From Octopus bimaculoides (lineage: Eukaryota): a stretch of DNA of 64,000 nt. The stretch lies in assembly GCF_001194135.2 (NCBI RefSeq), contig NC_068994.1:5573356-5637355 (forward strand). Direction: 5' to 3'. The stretch's first letter is position 1, and each line of letters starts with the position of its first letter. A program made the translations under genes and the position numbers. Positions 50,641 through 64,000 of the stretch are shown here, in pieces. Under the pieces are notes generated by a model. The model worked only from the letters and a program-made list of their open reading frames with translations, ran no database searches and was not told where the DNA came from.

Positions 50641-50862
50641 TATTCTTTTCTACTCTCGGCGCAAGGCCCGAAATTTTGGTGGAGGGGCACCAGTCGATTA
50701 GATCGATCCCAGTACGCAACTGGTACTTAATTTAATTTATCGACCCCGAAAAGACGAAAGGCAAAGTTTGACATCGGAATTTGAGCTCAGAACGTAAAGA
50801 CAGACGAAATAGCGCTAAGCATTTCGCCCGGTGTGCTAACGTTTCTGCCAGTTCGCCGCCTT
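50641..50862 (-). mobile_element. SINE family A, full length
   Basis: End-to-end homologous to 596-808; a further diverged copy lies at 51078-51289. Confidence 0.92.
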
Positions 50863-51914
50863 AGGGCACAATGCTTAAAGGAGGGAACAGTCGATAATGT
50901 CAACTCTAATACGTATTTACTGGTGATTTATTTTATTTAACCTGAGTAAATAAATGACAACTTTGAGCTCAGAACATAAAGGGCCGTTACTGAATAATTT
51001 ACTGCTGGGCATTTTGTCCAACGTTCTATAAAATTCTCTCGAACCAAGAAGATATTACCAACAATATTAATAACGGTTTCAAGTCTTGGCACAAAGCCAG
51101 TAATTTTTTAGGGCAGTGGTAAGTCGATTACAGCGACCTCAATACTTGACCGGCATCTATTCTATCGACCCCGAAAGAATGAAAAGTAAAGTCAACCGTG
51201 GCAGAATTTGAACTCAGAACATAAAGACAGACAAAATACCGCTGAGCATGTTGCCCGGTGTGCTAATGATTCTGCCAGCTCACTGCCTTACTAACGCTGT
51301 TAATAACGAACATAAATTAATAACAACAACAACAACAACTGCACAACAGCAAGAATAACGCATTCACAAAGTAAGTTAGTTCTGCTGGAGATAGCAGCCA
51401 AATCTCCCTCTGTTTCACAACCTAGCGTGTGTAAGCGTTCAGGGTTGTACTTGATGATGTGGTGTTGCTTATGCAAAAGCAAGTTGGAAGGAGAGCGAAC
51501 GAGAGGACGTCCTCGACTATAAACCTCCGCGATCTTAGTTGTCCTGGGTCTAAACGCCAGCAATGACTTCCAGGTTAGGTACAAGACCAGCTGTAATGAG
51601 GGGGGGAGGTCATTCGATTATATTGATGCAAGTACTTGAACAGCTCTTTATTTTATCAAACCCGAATGGAGAAAAGCAAAGTTGACCTCGTTAGGATTTC
51701 GACTCGGAATGCAAATAGGGCGAAAAAGATACTGTGAGGTATTTCGCAGCATAAACGGTTCTGTCAATCCATCATCCAACAAAACAATAATATTTACAAT
51801 AAAAACCGTAGCAGTAACAAAACGAATAACAGCACCAAGATGAAGATGGAACCGGTATGTATACTTTCACCCCGTCGATTCTCGTAAATAATGGAAACAA
51901 ACATTGATATAATA

Positions 51915-52175
51915 TGTCAGGTGAACACCCTGGATAATGAGTCCTAGATACACAATGCCAGATGGACACGTTAAATAATATAGTCCTAGACACACGATGC
52001 AGGAAAGACACGTTAGATAATGTAGTCCTGTCAGGTAGACACAATCGATAATGTAGTCCTAGATGCACTATGTGAGATGTACTGATTGGGTGACGTAGCC
52101 CAAGATATACAGCCTGAGACGCACATATTACACAATGTAGTTCTAGAAACACCATGCCAGGTAAACACATTGGAT
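51915..52175. repeat. Degenerate ~42-bp minisatellite, 6-7 copies
   Basis: Unit approximately TGCCAGGTAGACACGTTGGATAATGTAGTCCTAGATACACGA; one unit is internally deleted. Confidence 0.8.
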
Positions 52176-54874
52176 ATGGTTTTCTTATAAATGTAGAGGT
52201 GCGCGGCTTCGTGCTAAATATTTTCGTTTCGATTCCTTGACCAGACGATGAGTTGAGCTCTGAAGCAAACCACATCCTTTTATGCTGCTCCTGTTCAATC
52301 AACTGACAAAAATGAGTGATCCCGACTCGTCCCCCGTCCAAGGATGGAGAATATACATACCACATGATCCTGGTAATAGACCTTATCAGCCTATAGCGTG
52401 CGAAGAACCTTTGCTCTTTTATTTCTTTTATTCCCATATATACTTTGCCTGTAGAACACATTGCATAATGTATTCCTAGATACATTGTCCGAAACAAAAC
52501 AAAAGGGATGGTCGATGCTTTTCAGCGAAACAGGTCTAGTTACCGTACGGACGAACGCTAACGTGAAGTTATACAACAATCATAACTCAAGTTGCGGCTA
52601 GGGGAGCTTCTACATGATAGCTATACATGCTGGATATAGCAGCTGAATTTCTTTTAAGACATGTCTTACAGTGTCCAAAATTACGCAAGAGCATTTATGC
52701 TGTAAAACTTTATGGAATAAAGTCATATTGGATACATTGAGCTATTGGAGAAAGGTGAGATAGTCGTAGCATTGAGCGCTTTTAACTGTATGCCGACCAA
52801 TGACGAGACTATAACAATAACAACAACATCAGCACAAAACTGTTCTTTTCATTGAGAGAGAGTTGTAAGGTAATTCTATCGTCAGACTCTTAATGACAGT
52901 TAAAGCTGTAACGAGATGCACAGAGCACGAAAGGGGATTATATACGTTGAGAGAGATATACACAAAACCGATGGTAATTGCAAACTGATGTACACACGAT
53001 TATCGTTATTAAAGGCAGATGTGTGTGTGTGTTGTATTTATATATATATATATNNNNNNNNNNNNNNNNNNNNNNNNNNNNNNNNNNNNNNNNNNNNNNN
53101 NNNNNNNNNNNNNNNNNNNNNNNNNNNNNNNNNNNNNNNNNNNNNNNNNNNNNNNNNNNNNNNNNNNNNNNNNNNNNNNNNNNNNNNNNNNNNNNNNNNN
53201 NNNNNNNNNNNNNNNNNNNNNNNNNNNNNNNNNNNNNNNNNNNNNNNNNNNNNNNNNNNNNNNNNNNNNNNNNNNNNNNNNNNNNNNNNNNNNNNNNNNN
53301 NNNNNNNNNNNNNNNNNNNNNNNNNNNNNNNNNNNNNNNNNNNNNNNNNNNNNNNNNNNNNNNNNNNNNNNNNNNNNNNNNNNNNNNNNNNNNNNNNNNN
53401 NNNNNNNNNNNNNNNNNNNNNNNNNNNNNNNNNNNNNNNNNNNNNNNNNNNNNNNNNNNNNNNNNNNNNNNNNNNNNNNNNNNNNNNNNNNNNNNNNNNN
53501 NNNNNNNNNNNNNNNNNNNNNNNNNNNNNNNNNNNNNNNNNNNNNNNNNNNNNNNNNNNNNNNNNNNNNNNNNNNNNNNNNNNNNNNNNNNNNNNNNNNN
53601 NNNNNNNNNNNNNNNNNNNNNNNNNNNNNNNNNNNNNNNNNNTATATATATATATATATCACCAACGGTATATACAAAATAGATGTACACACTACCATTG
53701 TTAATGCCAGAGGAACAGCTAGTGAAGCATTAGAGCAATGCCTACAACCGTACCGTAACTAGAGTATATAGGAAATATGAGTCTAGACTATCACATAGCA
53801 CTTTGAATGATACTAGTCAAAGCTTGATGTTAGCCCTGTACTCAGTAGAAGTATCGTACTTCTGGGGAAGTTGGATCCCAACGAGTAGTTTGGCTCAGTA
53901 TCTACATATCACGTACCTGCTTGATCAGGCTTTACTTGGGGGTCACATAGTTTAAAACTATCTAACATCAGTATGAACGTACACGGGAGCCTATCTGTAG
54001 TCGCGTGAACTGCTAGAAATGGCAACCAACTTTTATCAAATCAATCCGCTTCTGTTTTAAGAAAGACAGTACTGACGAGTATAATAGTTGAAGTAGTATA
54101 GGATATAGCATGCGGAAAAGAAGTTTGCTTGGTGATGACTGGAAGAACTAAACTACAGCAACAATATCCTACGTTACCAAAGCTGAACATAAAAGCAAGA
54201 TCTTCACTTCCTGCGACAATAGCAACAATACATCTGACATGAACATGGGCCAGGAGAACTAATAGCAAAATCTCCTAGAAATTTCAGACTGCCATTTTAA
54301 AAGAAGTCATATTGGATCACGTATTTCTATTGAGATGATGCGTGATGTAAAATAGAGGTTGGACATGTCCAGAAAGCCTTTCCTTATAATTCTGCTCTGA
54401 GATTAAACAACAGCCACAATGCAAAATCTGACGAAACAATGATGGATTGTGTCTGGAAGAAATAGCAGCTACATCTTCTTCAAATTACACGATACTGTCT
54501 TAAACATTGACTGATGGGTAGCCCTAGATGCAATGAGCCTGTTTAATGATGACGAGATAGAAATAGCTGGGACGTGTTTGATGATAAATCTACTGGATCA
54601 GATCTGATCTGGATACCAACATCAACAACAACAACAACAACAAGAATAGCGACAAGGGCAACAAAACCAAGTCCAATGAGTCGTTCGGCCCGTTAGAAAT
54701 AGCAGTCAAACATCACTCAAATCGGATCCAATGATCTTAAAATGGAAAGAAGACATGGAAGCATATTCGATAACGTTGTCATGACAACGACAACCAGTAA
54801 GGAGATAAGGCACGGCTACATAGTATCACAGCAATGAATACAAGAAATCTAAAAGAATGTTTCACCTACCTTGA

Positions 54875-54906
<32 letters not shown>

Positions 54907-55239
54907 GTGTTTGTATGTGCGCGCACGCGTGCGTGTTGTGTTTGTGTGTGTCTGTGTATGTGTGCGTGTTTGTTTGTATGTTTAAGGATACGTGTATGAA
55001 ATTATGTGTGTGTGTGTCTGTGAATGTATATCGTCTTTTTTTCCGATTCTTTGATTATTTTTCTGAATTTTCTTTTCTTTTGAAAACTTCCTCCTCGACT
55101 GTCATAAATTATAACAAGAGTTCCATGAACCGCACTGCCTAAGTACAGTCTATAGAATAGTCAAAGAAAGATCATATTAAATGTTTTAAAAAAATAATAA
55201 TACAAACACCCAATGACCCCAACCCAAACAAAAAACAAC

Positions 55240-55335
<96 letters not shown>
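55240..55335. repeat. (TAA)n microsatellite
   Basis: Seen directly. Confidence 0.95.
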
Positions 55336-55336
<1 letters not shown>

Positions 55337-55689
55337 GTAGCTCTACAGAAAACAGGGAAGTAGGGTAGAAACAGCACAGCAAAATCCTTTTTTCCGAATT
55401 CTTCAATGATCCGAAAAACAAAATGTTTGTCCCAAGCAACTGAGTTGAATGATAGGTTGTGGTGAGTGTTTGGGTTTGCAACAAACTTTTTATCGTGTGA
55501 TACTCTGGGGGTGAATGTTTAATGTAATAAACACTGTTGTGCAAATAAACAAGTTTGGCAAGAGAAAGTCTGCGATTAGTATTTTGTACGTTAAGCAATT
55601 ATGCGATACGATGTGGTGATAACTTCAAATGACACTTGGAGTGAACGGCGTCAAAATTGAAATGGCGACTGTGCTGGAATGGAAGCTCC

Positions 55690-55751
55690 AACAGCAACAA
55701 GAACAACAACAACAGACAGACAGAGAAAGACGAACAGCGACAGCTGCAGTT

Positions 55752-55782
<31 letters not shown>

Positions 55783-56090
55783 TGACAGCAACTGCAACAA
55801 CGACAAGAACAGAAGCGGCAGCAATAATTCCAACAACAATAACACCAAAAACAACAACAGTATATGGAGCAGCCCCAACAAGAGAAGTAGTAGCAGTCAC
55901 AGCATCGAATATACAGTAGCAGCAGCGGCGGCGGCGGCTTCAGTAGCAGAAGCAACTGAACTACCGAAACAACAACAATAACAACGGGACTGTCTTCAAC
56001 CGGTGTAGGTGCAATGACAGTAATAAAAACAAGAGACAGCAATAACAACAACATGAATATGAAAGAAATCAACAACTGCAGCAGTTCAGG
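55690..56090. repeat. (CAG/CAA/GCA) low-complexity tract
   Basis: Seen directly; gives poly-Q/A/S ORFs in several frames. Confidence 0.85.
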
Positions 56091-56155
56091 GAAAAAAGAA
56101 CAGCACTGATTCGGCAGCATTAAAAGTAGAATGGACAGCAGCATCGAGGAATATG

Positions 56156-56199
<44 letters not shown>

Positions 56200-57703
56200 C
56201 CACCTACATAAATGCATTTATATATAATATGAATGTATATGTATATGCATTCAGATATATATGTGTGTGTGTGTGAATGCACATACATATACATTTATAT
56301 GATATATATAAATGCANNNNNNNNNNNNNNNNNNNNNNNNNNNNNNNNNNNNNNNNNNNNNNNNNNNNNNNNNNNNNNNNNNNNNNNNNNNNNNNNNNNN
56401 NNNNNNNNNNNNNNNNNNNNNNNNNNNNNNNNNNNNNNNNNNNNNNNNNNNNNNNNNNNNNNNNNNNNNNNNNNNNNNNNNNNNNNNNNNNNNNNNNNNN
56501 NNNNNNNNNNNNNNNNNNNNNNNNNNNNNNNNNNNNNNNNNNNNNNNNNNNNNNNNNNNNNNNNNNNNNNNNNNNNNNNNNNNNNNNNNNNNNNNNNNNN
56601 NNNNNNNNNNNNNNNNNNNNNNNNNNNNNNNNNNNNNNNNNNNNNNNNNNNNNNNNNNNNNNNNNNNNNNNNNNNNNNNNNNNNNNNNNNNNNNNNNNNN
56701 NNNNNNNNNNNNNNNNNNNNNNNNNNNNNNNNNNNNNNNNNNNNNNNNNNNNNNNNNNNNNNNNNNNNNNNNNNNNNNNNNNNNNNNNNNNNNNNNNNNN
56801 NNNNNNNNNNNNNNNNNNNNNNNNNNNNNNNNNNNNNNNNNNNNNNNNNNNNNNNNNNNNNNNNNNNNNNNNNNNNNNNNNNNNNNNNNNNNNNNNNNNN
56901 NNNNNNNNNNNNNNNNNNNNNNNNNNNNNNNNNNNNNNNNNNNNNNNNNNNNNNNNNNNNNNNNNNNNNNNNNNNNNNNNNNNNNNNNNNNNNNNNNNNN
57001 NNNNNNNNNNNNNNNNNNNNNNNNNNNNNNNNNNNNNNNNNNNNNNNNNNNNNNNNNNNNNNNNNNNNNNNNNNNNNNNNNNNNNNNNNNNNNNNNNNNN
57101 NNNNNNNNNNNNNNNNNNNNNNNNNNNNNNNNNNNNNNNNNNNNNNNNNNNNNNNNNNNNNNNNNNNNNNNNNNNNNNNNNNNNNGGGGGGGGGGGTTAG
57201 TTAATTACATACATATAAAACTATATTCATGTGAAGATACATACATACATGCATACATGTGCTGTCACTTTGTCATTAACTGCGACCATGCTGGAACGCG
57301 TCTGCCGAAGATTTTATAAATGGCAATATTTTATTCTGTTGTGTAAGTATTTCATTTATCCGTTTTTCAGCAATGCAGAACGCAACGGGATATACAAGCT
57401 TACAGCTTACACAACGCAAGTTTTAGACAAACACACGCGTGCGCGCGCGCGCAATTGAGACTTTTTGTTAGGTGAGGTAGTTATGGACGTCCTAGATTAT
57501 TGTCCCAACTATATGGTTCCGGGTTCAGTCCCACTGCGTGGCACCTTGGACTTTATTGCTGTTTCGAGGGTGACTCGGGAAGAGATTTCGTTGCAAAAAT
57601 TCCACAACACTTGTACCAGGACAATGCGGCAATTAAAAAAATGTATCTCCTGGAAACATCTCAAAATTTCCAGAATGCATTTCGTATGTACATGTGTGTG
57701 TGT

Positions 57704-58218
57704 GTATGTATGTATGTATGTATGTATGTATGTATGTATGTATGTATGTATGCATGCATGTATGTATGTATGTATGTATGTATGTATGCATGTATGTATG
57801 TATGTATGTATGTATGTATGCATGCATGTATGTATGTATGTATGTATGTATGTATGTATGTATGTATGCATGCATGTATGCATGTATGTATGTATGTATG
57901 TATGTATGCATGTATGTATGTATGTATGTATGTATGTATGCATGTATGCATGCATGTATGTATGTATGTATGTATGTATGTATGCATGTATGTATGTATG
58001 TATGTATGTATGTATGCATGCATGTATGTATGTATGTATGTATGCATGTATGTATGTATGTATGTATGTATGTATGTATGCATGTATGTATGTATGTATG
58101 TATGTATGTATGTATGTATGTATGTATGTATGTATGCATGTATGTATGTATGTATGTATGTATGTATGCATGTATGCATGCATGCATGTATGTATGTATG
58201 TATGTATGTATGTATGTA
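57704..58218. repeat. Long (TATG)n tetranucleotide array with CATG variants
   Basis: About 510 bp seen directly; source of the MYVC/HTYI ORFs. Confidence 0.98.
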
Positions 58219-60571
58219 TTTATGTGTATATATAGTCAGGTATTTATGAATTGAAGTTAGGAGAACTCATCACTAACGTAAATTTATTGTGAATATCAAT
58301 TACTGCCATTTTACATTTTCTTATAGAAATTTTGAAACCCGAGGGCAAGTATCTGATTGAGGGGGCTGGTGGTGAGACGCCATTGCTTTAGGGTGGTACA
58401 GACTCTACTGCTTTAGGGTGATATCTGTCTGTATTGATCCACCTGTCGGATATGTCATCACCAGATACATCCGACAGATTTCAAACCAGCTCGAGATTTA
58501 CACAAAACTCCCAAATCATTGTAAAACTGCAAAAAAAAAAAAACTGATGACAAACTAGATTCACGTTTACGCCGCTCTCCTCTGTTTTCTCCTATCATGT
58601 TTAACATTGAACACAAACTCTTTTAATGCATTGTAATAAACTATTCTCCACTATTTGCAATCCAGTTGTGTATATATTCGAATTTGACAAAATCGATTTC
58701 TGTTTCTGTTTGTAACGGTAACGAGGTCTCAAGCTGGTTGCTTGAATATGAAACCAAATTACTCCTTCATCTAAATCAACACCACGTTTTCAAAACTTCA
58801 CTGGCGGAAATGCCGTCTTTGTTGAAATTATCGACTTCCAAAGCATAAATATAAGTACTTTGCACGCATGATCTAGTAACTGATTATTATATAAGAGACT
58901 TATATTGAGTTCAGGTGTCATGTCCATGAAATAAATAAATAGAAAAAGGATAACAAAGAAATCATTTCTAATTAGAGAGAATTACAGTTCGATTTGCATC
59001 AGGTTTTAACTTCTAAGTAAGACTTCGTTTCTTCCAAACGATAATGAGAATTACCAAGCTATTCACTTGTTTTGAATAAACTATTTATAATCTCGTCATC
59101 CTACACAACATTTGTATTATTTTTTATTGTATTAATTCTAAAATCGGAACATGGATAAGATTTTATGTATTTTTAATCATGGTTACTTGTTGCCTGATGT
59201 AATTTTGTGGAAGAATATAAACATGATGGGAGGGTTTTACTCTTATTCTTTATTTAAAGGTTGGCTTAAGTTCGTGAATCACTTCTGTTGTCATATGGTA
59301 GGACCATAGACTTTAACTGCAAACGTTAGGCGTTTAACAATTTATTGAGGTTCTATGAAAGATGTTTCACAAGTGCTGTATCAACATTAAAAAGCACATC
59401 AGCATTAAATGTTGCCCTATTCAGTGTTATTGTCTTGAATCTATTGTGATTGAACAATTCCCTACTGGTACGAAATTCAAATCTCTTTCATTATCAAACA
59501 TAACTGAGAAATAAAGAGCAAAACCTGTAGGGTTTTGTATTATTACTCACATCGAAACATTCAGTTCATTACTCACCTGACATTACTTCAATTCATGAAA
59601 AGAAATAATAACATTTAGTATGTTATCAAGTACCTTGAATTTTGTAGGACTCTCCATAGACTCCCTTCAGATATTGAATGTTTCCATCAGGCTCGTAAAA
59701 CACTGAACAATTTCTGAATTCTCTTCCGTATCTTTTCTATAGATGGTCTCTTAGATTATGCCAAATCGGTCGCTTCTCTGCCTGACCTAAAGTCACATAA
59801 AGATTCATTCATGGTAAATGTTTTCTGATGGCTGAGTAATCAATCTGTTCTGGATAAGACGGGCCAGGATTTTACTGGAAATGTCACAAATCAGTATGTT
59901 ACATTTGTATTTAAAAATTTATTTGGTGAGGCCTATAGAGCCAGAATAGTGAAAAGGTTTCAAAAGTTTATGACTCAATCACCAACTTCCATTTCTCAGA
60001 TCGAGATAGTATTCTGTTGCTTTACGGTTTTGGACGTCAAATTCATTAAAAAGAAAAGTAGATGTAATAGAATTCTTTCAGAAAAATTATACTAACAAAG
60101 ATTTGATTAAAAGCAAAATTACACTATCTATTGCCAAGGAACACTATACGATGTTCACCTCTTTCTTCTTTCCTTTCGAGAACAGATACTTCTTGGTCAA
60201 TTTTCTTAGGTAAGAGAACAGCTGCTCGCTGGACAACTGCCGCTGGATAACTGCCCCTTGACGCTTTCGCCACTCTTGTCCAGATAATTGTTCCCTAACA
60301 TTTATTAATTATTCTTATTATCAATTATACAATTATTAATTATTGCCACGAGTAATCATTGTATTTCAGTATAGCACACTCTTAGCAAAATCATTGGTAT
60401 AATTATAATGGCATCAGAATAGCGTTCACATTATTGATAATCCTTCTTATTAAGTGACAGAGAAAAAATGAAAATAAAAACACTTTAATAACGCTATTAG
60501 TTTAGATTTAAACACTCGTAATTGTGTTTTTACCTTATTTGTTATTAATTCCGGGTGCATGGTGAGTATCC

Positions 60572-61005
60572 GTTAGTCTCGACAGATTATGGATCTGCGC
60601 CTTAGATTGGATTGGTGTTGCAGCATCGCTTGTAAGTGATATCCAATGCATGAGTGACAGTCACGGCTGCAACGTTCGCGAATGTGGTTGGTCGGTTGGT
60701 CGTTTGTTCGTGGTTCGGTCTTCCTGCCTCTCCATCTGTCCTCTGATGTCTGACGAATGTGATCTTTTCCTTCCATCAGAGCGGTACTCAGCGTCTGTCT
60801 CCAGAAGAAACGTATCAAATACATACTGCAGCATGACAGCGAAGTAGATGTTGAAAAGGAAAGGAGCAAGCACGCGTCCCTGTTTTACCCCACGTCGAAC
60901 ATCAAATGTTTCGGAGGTGTTTCCGTTGAATTGTACGGTGGCGTTCATGTACAAATGGAAAAACTCAAAGATGCGGAACAGTCGAGGAGGACACCCAATC
61001 TTCCC
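60572..61005 (-). mobile_element. RTE-clade LINE relic, RT segment fused to 3' end
   Basis: Minus strand KIGCPPRLFRIF...ETFDVRRGVKQGRVLAPFLFNIYFAVML (RT), then directly WRQTL...CSRDCHSCIG (RTE C-terminal motif) and 3' UTR. Confidence 0.85.
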
Positions 61006-61155
61006 AATTCCTGGTAACTGATTCTGTATATTTAGATATTCAGATGCAATTATATCTTAGAATTTAATCCTATAAAATCTGCTCTCTAAAAATCTCCCCT
61101 TGTTCTTCAAAATATCTAGGTATTGTCCTTATTGCTTATTTATTGTTCTGGTTAC

Positions 61156-61229
<74 letters not shown>

Positions 61230-61926
61230 CGTCGTGGTGGTCGTGGTGGTCGTGGTGGTCGTGGTGCTGTGGTGACCATTTTGCATCTGTAAGGCTATCT
61301 AGGAATACGTGAATCAATGTTTCCATTTTTTATAATGGTTAAAGTATGATTAAGGGAAATGCTTGACACTTGTTGCTTGTAGACAGCCACATACAGAATT
61401 CCATTTGTTGCTGTAACAGAAAACAAAAGACAATGAAAATAAATACGATGCGCGAGATGTTAGAAATAGCGCAAAGATTCCTTTCAAACCACATTCGTCA
61501 TTTTCCAGAAAAACAGAAAAACCCAGGACGAATACAATATAATTTCGCTGCAGTCTTAAGAATGAAATAAATACAGGGTGGGCATGAATGGTACTGTCTT
61601 GATCGGGGCAGACCAAGGGTTACAAAACAACAACAACAAAAACAACAGCAACAGCGTCAGCAACACTACAAACCAAAACGCCTAAACTGCACAGAAGAGA
61701 TTGAGGGAGATGGAATTAAGGTGAGAAATTAAAGCTAAGATGGGTGTGGCATAGATGACATCAAAGTGAAAGTAAAAACTGGTTTTGAGTGAAAATAGGC
61801 GAGGAATTTTCTGCAAGTATCTAGAATAATCCTAGCAATTGACAGCCTCCGTTTTCAAAAATCCCTGTTGAGTAATAGTCATATATATATATGTATGAAT
61901 GCATGTATGTATGGAGATATATTCAG

Positions 61927-61977
<51 letters not shown>

Positions 61978-62208
61978 CGTGTATGGTGTGAGTGTGTATG
62001 TGTGTGAGTGTCTGTACGTATATGTATATATATATGTATGTATATATGTGCGTGTGCGTGTATATATAAGTAGGTATGTAAGTATGTACCATATATATGT
62101 TTGTGTGTATGTGTATGTTTATATATATATATATATATAGACACATGTTCCATTTAATATATATGTATACGTACGAATCTCTCTCTCTCTACCTCTCTCT
62201 CTCTCTCC

Positions 62209-62261
<53 letters not shown>

Positions 62262-62523
62262 ATATATATATATATAAATGCATATATGTTTGCTTTGGAT
62301 ATTTGTGCATATGGGGATAAAAGTGTGTAGACCTATGTGTGCATATACACATACATCCATACTTATTTATACACACAAAGGTTCACACACATATGCACAC
62401 GCTCACGCACACATACACACGCAGACGTTTGAGGGTATCTGTGAGTCTCAATGTAGGTAAATAGATGAATGCATGTAACATCAGTGGTCATGCGATGGTG
62501 GGGAGACAAACACAGACACACAA

Positions 62524-62571
<48 letters not shown>

Positions 62572-63449
62572 NNNNNNNNNNNNNNNNNNNNNNNNNNNNN
62601 NNNNNNNNNNNNNNNNNNNNNNNNNNNNNNNNNNNNNNNNNNNNNNNNNNNNNNNNNNNNNNNNNNNNNNNNNNNNNNNNNNNNNNNNNNNNNNNNNNNN
62701 NNNNNNNNNNNNNNNNNNNNNNNNNNNNNNNNNNNNNNNNNNNNNNNNNNNNNNNNNNNNNNNNNNNNNNNNNNNNNNNNNNNNNNNNNNNNNNNNNNNN
62801 NNNNNNNNNNNNNNNNNNNNNNNNNNNNNNNNNNNNNNNNNNNNNNNNNNNNNNNNNNNNNNNNNNNNNNNNNNNNNNNNNNNNNNNNNNNNNNNNNNNN
62901 NNNNNNNNNNNNNNNNNNNNNNNNNNNNNNNNNNNNNNNNNNNNNNNNNNNNNNNNNNNNNNNNNNNNNNNNNNNNNNNNNNNNNNNNNNNNNNNNNNNN
63001 NNNNNNNNNNNNNNNNNNNNNNNNNNNNNNNNNNNNNNNNNNNNNNNNNNNNNNNNNNNNNNNNNNNNNNNNNNNNNNNNNNNNNNNNNNNNNNNNNNNN
63101 NNNNNNNNNNNNNNNNNNNNNNNNNNNNNNNNNNNNNNNNNNNNNNNNNNNNNNNNNNNNNNNNNNNNNNNNNNNNNNNNNNNNNNNNNNNNNNNNNNNN
63201 NNNNNNNNNNNNNNNNNNNNNNNNNNNNNNNNNNNNNNNNNNNNNNNNNNNNNNNNNNNNNNNNNNNNNNNNNNNNNNNNNNNNNNNNNNNNNNNNNNNN
63301 NNNNNNNNNNNNNNNNNNNNNNNNNNNNNNNNNNNNNNNNNNNNNNNNNNNNNNNNNNNNNNNNNNNNNNNNNNNNNNNNNNNNNNNNNNNNNNNNNNNN
63401 NNNNNNNNNNNNNNNNNNNNNNNNNNNNNNNNNNNNNNNNNNNNNNNNN

Positions 63450-63484
<35 letters not shown>

Positions 63485-63966
63485 GTATACACACACATAC
63501 ATATATATACTGATAGAAATATATTTATACATATATGTATATACATACATATATATTTATATATATATATATGTATATATACATATATACATGCATATAT
63601 ATGTGTATATAAGCATATATGTATGTGTGTGTGCATGTATGTGTAAAAATATACATTCGTATGCAGATATATACAACTCTGTATATAGATATACATCCAT
63701 ACGCCCTACACATACAAAGCATATTTGTCTCCACACACATATTTACAAAATGCTTATATATTCGCGCCTGTGCACATGTATGCGTGCGCGATGGTGCATT
63801 ATGGATGTCCCTATCAATTATGCGCATATCTGTATATACATGCAAATAAATTCATTCACATACACCTCAACATATGCAGTATTCTTTTTTGCATACACAA
63901 ACACTCACAGGGAAAGAAAAATATAATCTATTAGCATAAACAACCAAACGCATCTATGCATTATGC

Positions 63967-64000
<34 letters not shown>

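Noticed and set aside
55599-56294. Poly-Q/A/S or Cys-rich ORFs
   Set aside because: Trinucleotide low-complexity DNA open in many frames, with no flanking splice logic.
57465-58254. MYVC/HTYI-repeat proteins of 170-256 aa
   Set aside because: Translation of the (TATG)n array in all frames; no splice or domain evidence.

Overview
This is AT-rich, microsatellite- and gap-ridden eukaryotic genomic DNA. The SINE repertoire looks like an octopus/cephalopod draft scaffold (inference from remembered repeat families, not a database hit). Two spliced protein-coding genes converge tail-to-tail. (1) On the + strand, six short exons (1123-7251) encode the C-terminal ~217 aa of a protein-tyrosine-phosphatase-fold domain with a degenerate active site (WAD instead of WPD, CX5K instead of CX5R, no Q-loop Gln) ending in a YANF tail. 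This is probably the D2 domain of a receptor-type PTP; the ORF track largely misses it. (2) On the - strand, three coding exons (26646-21155) give a complete 465-aa class A peptide GPCR most resembling ecdysis-triggering-hormone receptors; a splice acceptor 33 nt before its ATG implies an unseen upstream non-coding exon. The rest is retroposon debris: at least five tRNA-derived SINE families, a Tc1/mariner relic, two RLE-type LINE relics, an RTE relic, a LINE 3' end whose tail matches one SINE family, and Penelope-like fragments with several type I hammerhead-ribozyme-like motifs. Nearly all long ORFs in the supplied track are artefacts of N-gaps and microsatellites. No CRISPR, rRNA or genuine tRNA gene was seen.
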